Source: Naegleria gruberi
Taxonomy: Eukaryota
Direction: 5' to 3' (one strand)
Assembly: GCA_000004985.1 (NCBI GenBank)
Contig: GG738856.1
Length of the DNA: 64,000 nt
A model generated the notes under the pieces. That model saw only the letters and a list, made by a program, of their open reading frames with translations, did not search any database and was not told the DNA's origin. Below are positions 52,531 through 64,000 of the stretch, piece after piece; position 1 is the first letter of the stretch, and each line of letters opens with the position of its first letter. Both the position numbers and the translations under genes were made by a program.

Positions 52531-53737
52531 CTAGTATTTATTTGAAAAGTAAGAAGAATTGGTGACATCACTTGGTTTTGGTCTATCTTCAGGATTCTTC
52601 TTTAACATTTGCATGACCATATCTACCAATTCAATGGAACAATTTGGAGAGCACTTGATAATATTTTCTCTGACAAGATTTTCTACATCCTTTTCGCTGG
52701 ACATGAGATTGAGATTGAGTTGACGTCTTTGGTGTTCCTTCAAATAGAGTTGAGTAATGCAAGTTTGTCTATCACCAGTCAGGCATTGATAGGCAGTTAC
52801 ACCAAGAGCGAAAATGTCTGTTTGGAAACAATTCTTACCTTGAACAATTGCTTCCCAACTCATGTAGATTGGTGTTCCAGCAAAGCCCATTTGAGTACTG
52901 AGTAGAGTATTTGCATCTCCTGTGACCAATGCTTGACTCAAATTAATATCACTACTGTCTGAAACTCTGGAAATGTTTGCATTATTACTAGTTGCTCCAC
53001 TAGTGGAATTTCTACCTTTCTTTGCCAAACCAAAATCACCCAATACAATATGAATCTGAGAACGGTGATAGTCAAAACTCTTGATAAATATGTTGGAAGG
53101 CTTAATATCTCTGTGAATCATATTGTACTCAGTGTTCATATAATCCAAAGCACTGCAAATTTGATAAATTAAGTGTGAGACGAGTGTTTCTGATAAAACG
53201 GTTTGGCCCAAGTAGCACTGATTGTTCATAAATTGTTCAAAATCTCCCAACTCGTAATAATCCATCTCCATACAAAGCATGTGTTGATTTGCATCAATAA
53301 AAACATCATTCACTCGTACAATATGTGGGTGTACCATTCTTAAAAGGTGTGTGGCTTCTCTGAGAGTTTGGTTAAGTTCATTCAAATCAGAGAAACGAAT
53401 AAGTTTGATGGCTTTCCATTGGAAGTTTTGCTTGGTATCTTGACCCTTGAAAACCAAACCAAATGAACCCTCACCAATTTTCATCAAATTAACAAATCTA
53501 TCAATGAGCATGGATTCACTTCCATTTAGTCTATTTTGAGAAGCATTACTGCTTAATTGAAGATTATTACCTGAAGAATCGTCCATCATACTCTTAGTTA
53601 GAGTCATGGCAGTTGAAACTTGAGAAATATTGAGGAAAGTTCTGATATTACCAGATCTATTAGAATATGGATCACTGCCACTCACAGGAGTTCCAACAAG
53701 ATTCAACTCAAAATTTTTATCCACAGAAAGAGTAAGA
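52531..53737 (-). CDS. Ser/Thr protein kinase catalytic domain. It is probably the cytoplasmic C-terminal part of the RCC1/EGF gene, with the upstream part lost in the 50-N gap.
   Basis: Motifs are IGEGSFGLVFKG (G-loop), AIKLI (VAIK), HRDIKPSNIF (catalytic loop), DFGLAK and GTPIYMSWE. A low-complexity juxtamembrane-like segment lies between the gap and the kinase. Confidence 0.8.
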
Positions 53738-53787
53738 NNNNNNNNNNNNNNNNNNNNNNNNNNNNNNNNNNNNNNNNNNNNNNNNNN
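53738..53787. other. Assembly gap (50 N) between the EGF-like modules and the kinase domain.
   Basis: Run of n. Confidence 0.99.
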
Positions 53788-56700
53788 GTAAAACAAGCAC
53801 AGGTATCAACACCTACGCATAATCCACTACCACTGCAAGCTGATGGATCATTGGCAGATAGTCCAAAACATGAAAAATATTGACAATTTTCACCTGTATA
53901 GCCAGCATTACACATACACAAGTCATTGGCAACACAAGTTCCATTTGCACTACATACTGATGAGTAGCTCCTATCAAGTCCACTACATTTAACTGATGGG
54001 CAAACATTTGGGATGTATGGCGAAGTGAGAACTACGCTGTGGAAAGCTCCTGCTGCAATAGATATGGCAATTCTTGGAGAGTTGTTACTTCCAAACTTGA
54101 ATTCTGCAGATGTAGCTGTCTTGTCGAGTGAAAATCCCAATTGACCATAGTCATTGTTGCCGTAAGCATAAACCATTCCTGTTGAAGTTAATATGACAGT
54201 ATGGAAAGCTCCAGATTGAATATCAGCAATACCTCCGTATGCGTATGGAAAGTTTACAGCAGTCGGAATGGTTACAATAGAACCACCACCATAGAGTGGA
54301 CCCAGTTGTTGGTAATCATTTCTTCCAAAAGCAAGTAACGTTCCATTCCTAGTTAAAATATGTGAATGATAAAAGCCTGCATAAACAGCAACTGGATTAT
54401 CAATTGGAATTTTGATAGGAGACGATGATTTGTCAATACCACTAACACCCAATTGACCATATGTGTTATCGCCAAAAGCAAAAGCTCCCTTTTCTGTTAG
54501 TACTAAAGAATGCTTTGCGCCACAAGAGGTTTGAAAAATCTTACCATTGGCTTGTGAGTTCCAGTTGACCTTTACAAGTTCTGGAGAATTTACCTCATTG
54601 CCAACTCCCAATTGACCATTACCGTTAAATCCAGCTGCATAGAGATTGTTGTTATCATCAGTTACAAGAATATGGTAAGCTCCACAAGTTACATTGGCAA
54701 TAACAACCCCTTTTGGTATTCCATATGGAGGATTTTGGGTAATATAACCACTTGTACCGAGCATGATGAGCTCACTGGTAGAATCTCTAATAGTGAACGC
54801 ATTTTGTAAAGTTGCACAAATCATTCTAGAAGGACTCCTCAATAACTCAATATTAGTTGGGCTGTAGAGCTTCTCTGGTGCGCCATCAATTCCGAACATG
54901 TTGTTGTAATTTAGACCAGAAACAAATGTTCCATTCAAAGATGCAATAAATGTTTGATATGCACCAGTACTAATACTATAATTCATACTACTGCCAAAGT
55001 CCACAACTGCAAATGCGTCTTGAGCCAAATCTGTCGTATATCTAAGGGATCTAGATGATGAGGCGCTTGTAACACCCAATTGACCCATATTGTTCATACC
55101 AAATGCATAAAGCTTGGACTGATTAGCAATAAGGAACGTTGTAAAGTCTGCTGCCTCAATATCTGATACATCACCTCTTACAAAGTTCAATTTTGAAGAA
55201 TATGAAACACCCCTCAAACCAAGTTGGCCGTAGTAATTTGAACCAACAGTATAGGTAGTATTGTCTTGCATGAGAACAACCAAGTGTCTTCTACCACAAA
55301 CCATCTTTAAAACTTGCTTTTGGATAAGAATAGGATCGATTAAAAGTCCAATACCATTAACTCCTCTAAAAGTATTATCAGAAATCCAAATAGTATTATT
55401 GTTCAAAAGAACCGCAAAGAACTTGTCACAAGCCAAAATCTTTGTAATACCGCTGGAAAAATAAAATCTGTCAAGATAATAAGCAGATACAGTGGCCTCA
55501 AACTTTGGGTCTGGCTTTTGGATGCTAAAGCTATCCTTGAAACCTCCAATGGCACTGGTTGATAAATTGACACCAGAAAATGAAATAACCTCTAAAAAGT
55601 TGGAATTTCTAATAATATTTGGATATTTAAAAGCACTCTCTAACTGGCCAAAGAAAATCAAAGAACCTTCATCAGTTAGCATTATAGTAAAGTATCTGGA
55701 TGCTTGAACAGAAATAATGTTTGGCTTCTTTTGTTTTCCCGCAGGACCTTCAATATATCCATTTCTCAAATCAAACTGCAATGGAACGGCTGTTTTGGAA
55801 ACAGGTATAGTTTGAGATGTTCCCAATAACCTTAAAGTGATATTTCCCATTTGTACATTAGCGTTTGATCCAAAGAATGTGAAAAAGTAATTATTGTGAA
55901 CAACAACTGTGTGGTCAGCTCCAGTATCAATAAGAGAAATATTCTTGAGTGGTAATTGATTCCAAGTACCAGCCTTTGTATCTAAACCAAGTTGATATTT
56001 GTTGTTTCTACCGCATGTATAAAGTTGTTTTTCGTTTTTAGTCACTACAACTGTGAACCCGTCACCAGTTAACACATTTCCAATGTTGTCAAAACTTGGT
56101 GCTTGTGCTGTTTGTGGAATTTTGTTTGGTTTCTTTCTAATATCCTTTTTGGTTAGTTCTGGAACTGTCGAAGTGGAACTCTTATCCAAGTCAATAATGT
56201 CGTTATCACTTGGGTCAACCATCACACTTTGATTCAATTCGGTTGATAAACCTAACGAATTATCGTCGTTTAACCCAAATCCAAACAAGTACTTTGTATC
56301 CTTTTCTTCATCACCAATAACAACTGTGTGAGTATAAGAAGTGGCTACCTTCCTCACTCTAATAGTATAATCATCATCACTGATCAGTGCTCTTGGTGGT
56401 TCTTGTGGCTTTCCATTGTTTCCATTGCCATTTCCGTTGCCATTTCCATTGTTTCCATTACCATTTCCATCAGCTATTGTTGTTCTTCCTTTGGATCTTG
56501 TTGTCAGTGAAGGAAAGATAACTAGCCAAGGTTCCAGCACAATATAATTGGCAAAAGTACTAGTGGTTGGTAGTGTAACAACAGTGCCATTACCCAATGC
56601 ACCTGATGTTGGTAAACCAGCTGATAGTATTTGAAAAGTTTGGATAGCTGGATATGGACTACAAGTTACAGGATATGAAGAAAATAATGGTCGTGGCATT

Positions 56701-57302
56701 CCTCTCCTAGCTATTGTAAATAAATCCTGTTCTGCATTCACTATAAAGTAGGAATGAAGATGTTGTTGATTGGTATTGTTATTATTGTTCATGTAGCTAT
56801 CTGTTAATATATTGATATTGAAAATAGTCGATACGAGTAGATAGTAAATACATATTAAATAGGTAAAAATTAGAATAGTTCGTCCTATGAGTGAATATTT
56901 TCCAATAATTGTTGTTGTTGTTGTTGGTGATGATAAATTATATTTTGGTGGTGATTGTTCATCTACTTCTTTAGAATGATGGTGATGAAGGTAGTTTACA
57001 AAATTTTCTTGTTTCCTCAGGGAAACATTCTCGCAACAATTGTAGCAAATAGTATTGCTATTATTATAAAAGCTCGTATTCTTATTCATATTATTCATAT
57101 TATTATTATTGATGGTAGCAGTATTATTAAAACTAGTTATTGATGAAAAATCCGAGCGGATACATTCATGATCATCAAGTTTGGGACGTCCACTCAATGG
57201 ACAGATTTTTATACTCTTGTNCAAACTCAACGACTCTACCTCTATCTTCTCCTTCTCCTCCTGTACTCTTGTTTTGTTCTTGATTAAAAAAGTTGGCGCC
57301 AT
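53788..57302 (-). CDS. Large RCC1-repeat (beta-propeller) protein with an N-terminal signal-anchor/TM and C-terminal EGF-like Cys-rich modules. Its C-terminus runs into the gap. It is likely the ectodomain of the same gene as the kinase at 52531..53737.
   Basis: The ATG is at 57302 (MAPTFLIKNK). The TM is IGRTILIFTYLICIYYLLVSTIF. There are more than 10 RCC1-like blades with GQLG signatures (YGQLGLRGV, MGQLGVTSA, GNGQLGVGNE, TYGQLGVSGI, DYGQLGFSLD...). The EGF-like region is CSANGTCVANDLCMCNAGYTGENC ... CSGSGLCVGVDTCAC. One N lies at 57221. Confidence 0.6.
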
Positions 57303-59312
57303 TTCTTGTTCCGGTTTCTTCAATTCTTCTTTAGCTTGCTGCTACCGCTAGTTGTATTATTATTATTTGGTGGTAACAACAACAATGATGATGTTGAATA
57401 GTGTTGTTGTTGTTGTTGTTGTTGGTTATTATGTAAATTCATGATTGCGGAAGAATTAATTACATGATGATGATGGTTAATATTGTGGAAGGAGTTTAAA
57501 TTATTTAATGTTGAAGAATTTGCAGAGAAACAATTAATGTGATTGTTCTCCATTCTCATGGTTAGATGTTGTTGTTGTTTATCGTTGGGTGATGAATATG
57601 CTTGATGTTCATCCGTGTTGTTGTTCTCATGAGAATGACATTGCCCAACGCCAGCCGTCATTTTATTTTTAATTAATTTGAAAGGAAGAACATTCCATTT
57701 TGTGCCAAGATCTTCTGAGATTCAACGTCTCGTTCAAGGTTGGTTGGACAGTTGGTAAGGCATAATAGTGTTTACAAATTTTGAATGTGTTTCTATTGGT
57801 TGAATGCTATTAACTATTATATTATATTATCTAGATTGTTAAATATTATTATTTTTGGAATGAGGTTTGCAAATTGTGACCTATTCGTGCGATTAATTCG
57901 ATGAATGAAACAGTTGGGTCAACCTAATGAGAGTTTACAATATTCATCCTTAACTATTTTTCAAATTTGGAAATATGACATTTGTAACCAATAATATTAT
58001 TTTCATTATTATTAAGAAAATGCAAAAAAATTACTCACAATCTACAGTTTCAAACTAAACTGTAGATTTACATATTCATTTCCAGTACAATCACCCAAGA
58101 TAATAACCCTCAAACAAGATAACAATTGGAAATTTAGTCTAATCACTACTTGAAATGAATCACCGAGAATTTGATATTTCAAAATTGGCAGCCCCAAATT
58201 ATTGTCCTTACTTTTCTAAATTTTGAAGGAGGATTCCCAATTCCATTGAAATAGAGGCGAATAGCAATTTGAGGAAATTATATCAATCCAAATCTAATGT
58301 TTTCAATTGTTCCAACCATTAATTGATGACAAAACATTACAAAATTGATAAACACATCACGACTGGTTGTTTCCTATTGAATGCATGAATCACTCTTACA
58401 ATGGGAGGTTTTCTTTCCTTTAGGAAGATTGGATAACAAATACTATCATGGTATTCAAGACGAATTGAGACGTTTTTAATTTTGGAAGTTGATTGTTTAA
58501 GAAATCTTTTACTAGAATGGATGTCAGATAGCACTGTTTCTTCTAAATTGTTTTTGAGACATGATGTAATCGCAAGAATGTAAAAAACTTACTCCGTTCC
58601 ATTCGAATTGAGTAGGGTAACCCCACTTGCCTCTGTTACATTGCATCTTTAAATAATTTATTTAACAGTATTATTTAAACGTTGGATACTACAACATGAA
58701 TAATACAATGCTAACATTAGCATCAAGAATTGCTCAATATAGATATTAGCCAAAAAAACATGGTTTATTATCTATTGCACCTGAAGATGATCGTAACTGA
58801 ACTTTTTCATGTCAGAGCGAAGGGGTTTAAAATGTGAGTTGCATTCACATAGAATTGACTTTATTGAGGTGCATCTGGCGGTAAACAGTTCGATATCGAC
58901 TGGACCAATTCATCTTTTTTGGATAGTTTAATTGTGTACAACCTTATTATTCAGCAAAAACTAGCCCTACGTAGGAAATTTGCTTAGTCCTCAACATGCG
59001 AACATGCTTCTGTACTTGACAGATGTTATTTTTAATTCACTAAATCTGCAATCCTTCATCAAATTAGACAGTCATGGATTGTGTTGGGATCACAGATTAG
59101 ACCAGGCACTTGTGCGCATGTGTCAGGTTTTTGGCTTTTGTGGCTCAAACAAGTTTTAAATATTGTGTGGGAAAAACTCTCAGAGGAGAAAAACAATTTC
59201 AAAACAAATTGCATCACAGCAATCTTCTCTTGTAAACAACAGCGTTTCGAATAGTGGAAAAGAGATAACAACAACGACAATAGTAATACAGTTCTTGTTA
59301 CAATTCAGTATT

Positions 59313-60293
59313 ATGGCATTCCTACTTTGTGATACAAACAACTTGTTCGATTTCTTACAAGTGCGCAATTCTTCCAATTCTATTGAAGCCAATGGACAAC
59401 CAATACATCATACAAACATTGACTTAATAGATGACACAAACATGTTTGACGATTGGTTCCATTGTGAAGATGAAAATCAACTGAATTCATCTCAACTCGA
59501 GTCTTCACAACATTCCTCTCCACCAAATGCCAAACCAACGAGCTCAAAAACGGCACATGCCAAACCAAAACAAATGAATACAGACTATCTGTATGGAGTC
59601 ATTGATCATGTGCTGCAAGATACCAAGTCAGAAATTGGGTTGAAATGGAGCATGTTGGAATGCTCTTCACAACTGGTCGACAGCTCTATTCAATCACCAC
59701 TCTCCGATTCGACACTAAGTATAAACAATGTCACTCCTAAAGAGAATTATGGAAGAAGTAGGTCAGGTTCAAGTAATACTACCAATACCACCACATGTAA
59801 CACTATCAATAGTAATCAATCCCAAGATATTGAATCGACGCAAACTACTACATTTAACAATATTTCAGAGTTTAATAATACTGTTGGTGATCATTTCATG
59901 CAGAATATGACAACATGTTTTGACAAGAATAATTATGTAAGCTATACTCAACCAACATGTATGCAACAACGAAAGATTAAAAAGAGCCAAAAGAAAAGGT
60001 CGAAAAGCATACAGTTTATTAGTGAGGAGGGAAATTCGTATCCACTTCAACTTGAATCATTTAATTGTTCACTAAGTAACTCTCCACTCAATAGAAATAA
60101 TCTCTCTGTTAAAAGTAACAAACGAAAGTCAATGTTCAATCAACCTTTCCAAAAGACAACCAAAGAGGAAAACCCAAATTCTTACAAGATTCGATTTTCA
60201 CACAATGTTTTTGAAGAGATCACCTTTAAAAACACAAATCCCTCTCAAAAATTCTACAAATTCAATGGAATTGGAGAAGATAAAATAAATTAA
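59313..60293 (+). CDS. Hypothetical Ser/Thr/Asn-rich protein, a paralog of the gene at 17003. It shares the C-terminal RFxHNxFEEIxFKxxNPxQKF motif.
   Basis: The C-terminus is YKIRFSHNVFEEITFKNTNPSQKFYKF. A basic patch KKSQKKRSK is present. An acidic/aromatic N-terminal motif (NNLFDFL, NMFDDWF) resembles 17003's NQIFELFDNESF. Confidence 0.5.
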   Translation: MAFLLCDTNNLFDFLQVRNSSNSIEANGQPIHHTNIDLIDDTNMFDDWFHCEDENQLNSSQLESSQHSSPPNAKPTSSKTAHAKPKQMNTDYLYGVIDHVLQDTKSEIGLKWSMLECSSQLVDSSIQSPLSDSTLSINNVTPKENYGRSRSGSSNTTNTTTCNTINSNQSQDIESTQTTTFNNISEFNNTVGDHFMQNMTTCFDKNNYVSYTQPTCMQQRKIKKSQKKRSKSIQFISEEGNSYPLQLESFNCSLSNSPLNRNNLSVKSNKRKSMFNQPFQKTTKEENPNSYKIRFSHNVFEEITFKNTNPSQKFYKFNGIGEDKIN

Positions 60294-60871
60294 TTCATTT
60301 CAGATTTTAAAATCGAATAGAGAAGTACATTATGAAATTTTCCATGATAGAATTCATCCTGCCTCAACAAGCCCTCCTTTACACATCCAATTCTCTCACA
60401 AATTTTAATGCTTTTCAAATTATCCTCTGCAACTCTGAATGTAATCTTATTGAGAGGAGATTTAATGGGTGAATTATCCAATTTTTGAAAGAGTTCTTTA
60501 CAAAAACATTGAACAGATCTTGTGGCAATTCCCTTTCCTTGAAATTCTTCACCAATCCAATAACCAATTTCACAATTACAATTCGACTTGTCAAAATTTT
60601 GAACTGCAATCACACCTGCTAATTGATTTTTATACCAAATACCACTTGTTAATACTGTTCGTTCATCTCCAATTAAATATCTAGAATTACTTCCATCAAT
60701 AAACATTTTCACTCCGAATGATGAAGAGATGGACGAAATGCTTGGAATAAACTCGAGAAGAAAGTCAAAGTTTTTCATTATTAATTGTTCAAGAGTTAAA
60801 AGATCAGCCTGTGTCAGGTTTTTCAATGTGATCTCTTCGTCCACTGTGCGACAGTAATAGATTGAAGACAT
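60290..60871 (-). CDS. GNAT-family N-acetyltransferase (RimJ/RimL-like).
   Basis: The acetyl-CoA-binding block IGYWIGEEFQGKGIATRSV matches the GNAT motif A (Q/R-x-x-G-x-G/A). The probable start is MSSIYY. The longer ORF upstream would abut the tRNA-Thr gene. Its stop overlaps the stop of the convergent gene by 4 nt. Confidence 0.6.
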   Translation of the reverse strand: MSSIYYCRTVDEEITLKNLTQADLLTLEQLIMKNFDFLLEFIPSISSISSSFGVKMFIDGSNSRYLIGDERTVLTSGIWYKNQLAGVIAVQNFDKSNCNCEIGYWIGEEFQGKGIATRSVQCFCKELFQKLDNSPIKSPLNKITFRVAEDNLKSIKICERIGCVKEGLLRQDEFYHGKFHNVLLYSILKSEMN

Positions 60872-60975
60872 TTGTTTTTGACATGAAAAACAATTACACG
60901 TCAAAACAAAATTGCAAGAAGTAAGAAATGGATTCATTGAATTATTGTTTATTTGATAAAGTTGGTGAAGCAACA

Positions 60976-61049
60976 GCCTTCCTAGCTCAGTTGGCAGTAG
61001 CGCTGTCCTAGTAAGACAGAGGTCTTGGGTTCGATTCCCAAGGGAGGCA
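60976..61049 (+). tRNA. tRNA-Thr (anticodon AGT).
   Basis: Hand fold: acceptor GCCTTCC/GGGAGGC, anticodon stem CTGTC/GACAG with loop CTAGTAA (anticodon AGT), T-arm TTGGG-TTCGATT-CCCAA, discriminator A. A T-run follows. Confidence 0.8.
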
Positions 61050-61203
61050 TTCTTTTACTTAATTTTGAATTATAGAAACGTTCTCCGAGTGCTTTGAGAA
61101 CGATCTTCTTGCTGCTTTCCTTACATGAAAATGTTGTGAAATCATGAAAATGTTGTGAAATCTCATTGCTCACTTTGCTCAATTGAAAATTGTAAAACTG
61201 GTG

Positions 61204-63375
61204 TTAGTTTATTTCAACTAAATTTTCTAGAATCCAACAAACAACGCTTTCTGCCAAAACTTTGTCCATATATTTGTTCTTTTCAAGCACTCCTTCCACT
61301 AGTTCGTTGAATTTTGGGTTATTCGTGATTATTCGACGAACAATGTTGTCTATTTCACGTTTGGTGATTGAGAACATTTCATGCTCATTACTATCTAAAC
61401 AAAGCACTTTCTCAAGTAATTTAATTAGGTCAGAATGTTGCCATTGTAAAAGGTTTGATTTGTCCAAAAGAGTGTTATCAACATGGAAGTATCCCTTTGA
61501 TCTAATAAAAGAAGTTGATTTGGGAATTTTAAAGGTGTGTTTCTTTTGCGGAGATTCAATTGTTAAGATACGATTATTATCCATAGATATTCTCATATTG
61601 TCTATGTATTTCTCATTGTTCGGTTCGAGAATTGGAACGGTGTGGCTTTCCACATATCTGGTAGTACTGTCAAAATTAATACCAAGGTTCACAAAAGTTT
61701 TCCCTGTACCTTGAAACTTCTGTTGATACTGTCTATCTTCTATTTGTTGCAAAGTTATTGGTGCAGTACTATACAGTTTTATCTCGACTACCCATACAAA
61801 GGTCTCTTCCTCAATGACAAGATCAATAGTTCCAGTATTGATAGGGTGTTCGCAGGAAACTTTATACCCCATAAGAGACATTAGCTTTATAAAGGCATGT
61901 ATGATAATAAGCCTCAAACTTGACAATTCTCCAAGTGTGTGCATAGGGCAAACATGTAAAAAATGATTTTAGCTGATCTGCAAAACCATCACTGTCATTT
62001 GATCTAATATATTCTTGACAAACCCTGGCATGTTCTAACATCAGGTGTTCTTTGTTTTTTTCTACAAGGGCTTCAATAAAGGTAGACTTGACTTCCATGT
62101 TTGGGAAATCTAAATAATATCCATTTCCTTTTTTGCAAATAGTAAGAAGTCCAAGTTGTACTAGAAATGGTCCTGGAATAAATGTATTGGATGAAATAGA
62201 TACTGGTTCAAACCTGTCAAAGTTAGTTTCTGATATGGATGTATCTTTCCAACTTGCAATATCTACGCATTCTGCCCATGGCTTCTCACCAATGTATGTT
62301 GGTCTTCCATGCCTTATCCAGTAGGGTTTAAATTGGGTGCTTTGCTCCTTCAATAATTCGTTGATGTCAAATGGATTGAGTACTGTTGCATCAGAGCTAA
62401 ACGAAAAGCAATATCCATTATAGTATTCCACAATATCATCAATTAATTTTGATACAGATTGACCCTTTTTACAAGCTAGTGCTTCCAGATAATCACTAAA
62501 GTAGGTTTTCAAATCCTCTCTTGTATATCCATAAAGTGTGGAGGTTAGTGGCAGACTGGATACATCTTTTAAATGGTTTGCAGCTGAGAAGTGTAAGGTC
62601 TTGGTAAATTTGGCTACACCGGTGACAATGAATTTTGAAACGTTTCTATTATTCTTTACCTCATTGAAAAATTGTGACAACAGTTCAGAATTGTTTTTGA
62701 TTTGAAGCAATTCCTCCTCAGTGTGATCTTTCTCAATATACTTTACAATTGGAATGTCATACTCATCAACTAACACTGCAATTTTGCATCCTTGATTTGT
62801 TAGAGTGTTTACAACACGATTAAATTCCAATAACACAGTTTTCAGCTTGAAAGATTCGTTCATCTGTTCCACAGTTATTCCATATTTGTTGCAAACATCT
62901 TCAATGCCAAGAATTAAGTGTACAACAACGTCCCCAGCATTTTGAGCAAAGTTAAACCTAAATACAGCATGCTTGGTCCACTCTCTTTCTCTGTTCGTAC
63001 AAATCTTCAATCCCTCAAACAAATGTTTGGATCCCTCAAGAACTAGAGAGTAAATAATTGTAATTAAAACCTACTATGTAACATTATTTCCAAGATTAAT
63101 GACTTTCCAAACTTTCTAGGTCTTGCAATGAATATAGAGGAGGAAAATTCCAACATATCATGAATAACATCTGTTTTATCAACATATACCATCTTTTTGT
63201 TAATGATATCTAAAAAATTCTCAGAAGATACAGGAATCTTGTTTACATCAATGGTCGGTGCTGATGATTTCATCTCCTGATCGGTGGCTGGGGTTTCTTC
63301 AAGCTTTCGTCTTTTAGGTTGCACAATAACTCGCCTAACCTTCCCTGACCGAACGGGACCTTTTTGCTCAAGCAT
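61204..63375 (-). CDS. Bacterial-type 'AAA-ATPase-like' N-domain (PF09820-like) plus C-terminal PD-(D/E)XK nuclease-like domain (PDDEXK_9-like). Exon 1 is 63375..63075, followed by a 32-nt intron (63074..63043), then exon 2 from 63042. There is a +1 frameshift in a GGGG run near 61866-61869.
   Basis: The N-terminus ...ENFLDIINKKMVYVDKTDVIHDMLEFSSSIFIARPRKFGKSLILEIM is the hallmark YVDKT....FLSRPRRFGKSL block. GTAGGT...TCTCTAG splicing restores ..LHILEGSKHLFEGLKICTNRE. The C-terminus YKVSCEHPINTGTIDLVIEEETFVWVVEIKLYS resembles the PD-(D/E)XK ..NRESGxGRxDlvie..iyiiElKv block. Removing one G from GGGG fuses ...YKANVSYG to YKVSCEHP in frame. Confidence 0.65.
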
Positions 63376-63574
63376 TTTTTTTAAAATAATTTTAATTAAG
63401 GTTAAAACTAATGGCGGGAAAATGTGTCCATCAATGATTATTTCTTCTTGAAAAAATACTTCCTACCTGTTTAATATTAACAGTTTCAGATTTTTCAGTT
63501 TTAAATATAGTGGAACTTTCCAATGTTTCAAATATATTTAATAAATTAAATATTATTAAAATATTATTAAAAAA

Positions 63575-64000
63575 ATGAGCAAACGAATCAGACAAGATTT
63601 TGAAAATCATCAATTCATTAATTCGGAGGAAATATTCACTAATGATAATAATAATAATACGGAAGAGAAAGTAAAAAAGGTTGTGAAATTCGAACAAGAA
63701 ATATTTTCAGATGACATTTGTTTTGAAATAATTTCCATGATTGATAATTCGTGGTTTATTTTAAATAATTGTACTTTAATTTCAAAACAATTCTTTAATG
63801 TGATCAAGGAACGTTCAAAACTTTTTATTCAATTTAATAAGAAATTAACAAAGAAACAATTTCAATTATTTTTGAAAAGTCAATTTATGAATTGTATTGT
63901 TAATGTTACATTTTCTAGTTGGTTGCTTCACTCTTTGGAAGAAGCCAAATTCATAAGTGAAATGAAACAGTTGATATCACTTAATATTTCTGGCAATGAA
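63575..64000 (+). CDS. F-box-like plus LRR protein, N-terminal part (runs off the window end).
   Basis: IFSDDICFEIISMIDNSWFILNNCTLISKQFFNVIKERSKLFIQF is near-identical in pattern to the N-termini of the genes at 51149 and 13516. The first LRR begins EMKQLISLNISGNE at the window end. Confidence 0.6.
   Translation, partial: MSKRIRQDFENHQFINSEEIFTNDNNNNTEEKVKKVVKFEQEIFSDDICFEIISMIDNSWFILNNCTLISKQFFNVIKERSKLFIQFNKKLTKKQFQLFLKSQFMNCIVNVTFSSWLLHSLEEAKFISEMKQLISLNISGNE

Noticed and set aside
57320-57661. 113-aa Gln/Asn/His-rich ORF immediately upstream of, and on the same strand as, the RCC1 gene.
   Set aside because: It is pure low complexity and out of frame by 1 nt with the RCC1 start. No splice signals link it, so it is more likely 5'-UTR or promoter sequence than coding.
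1-64000. Prokaryotic-style features: CRISPR arrays, operons, RBS-coupled genes, integrases or IS elements.
   Set aside because: None were seen. Genes have spliceosomal introns and A-rich eukaryotic start contexts, and Pol III tRNA and 5S genes are present. This is eukaryotic nuclear DNA.

Overview
This window is a eukaryotic nuclear scaffold segment, not prokaryotic. It is AT-rich (roughly one-third GC by eye) and carries short GT-AG spliceosomal introns of 32-180 nt, read here as GTAAGT, GTAGGT, GTGAGT, GTATGT and GTTCGT donors. There are three tRNA genes and a 5S rRNA gene. Many start codons sit in an A-run context (aaaaaaaATG). Three N-runs are assembly gaps (740-789, 50434-51088, 53738-53787). 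No CRISPR arrays, operons or obvious transposons were seen. The gene content suggests a heterolobosean amoeba such as Naegleria, but that is inference, not proof. That content includes ribonuclease-inhibitor-type LRR arrays with F-box-like N-termini, many RCC1 repeats, DUF4116 repeats, and very compact spacing with genes 4-45 nt apart. About 40 protein-coding genes lie on both strands. Recognisable products are:
- a PIP kinase-TPR fusion
- an ankyrin protein
- a HeH/LEM two-TM protein
- a Cdc25/Acr2 rhodanese
- a THNSL1-like shikimate-kinase-like/threonine-synthase fusion
- an ADP-ribosylglycohydrolase
- a COG0523/CobW GTPase
- endonuclease V
- an FAD monooxygenase
- a double-FtsX (MacB-like) permease
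- an HD phosphohydrolase
- a membrane-anchored RGS protein
- a divergent actin-related protein
- a LeuDH/PheDH-like protein
- a GNAT acetyltransferase
- a bacterial-type AAA-ATPase-like/PD-(D/E)XK protein
- a candidate receptor-type kinase with an RCC1 beta-propeller plus EGF-like ectodomain
The most interesting unexplained signals are:
- a 10-mer, AACTGTAGAT, recurring 8 or more times, including two perfect palindromes, only in three unusually ORF-free stretches
- a paralogous gene pair sharing a novel conserved C-terminal motif, each next to those ORF-free stretches
- a 40-aa Cys-rich 3-exon micro-gene with a TATA box that the ORF track misses
- several frame disruptions (an in-frame TAG in the threonine-synthase gene; frameshifts in the FtsX, Cys-rich and PD-(D/E)XK genes) that are either draft-assembly errors or pseudogenisation
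Coordinates derived by hand may be off by 1 nt. One such 1-nt mismatch between the printed sequence and the ORF track was noticed near 28150-28414.
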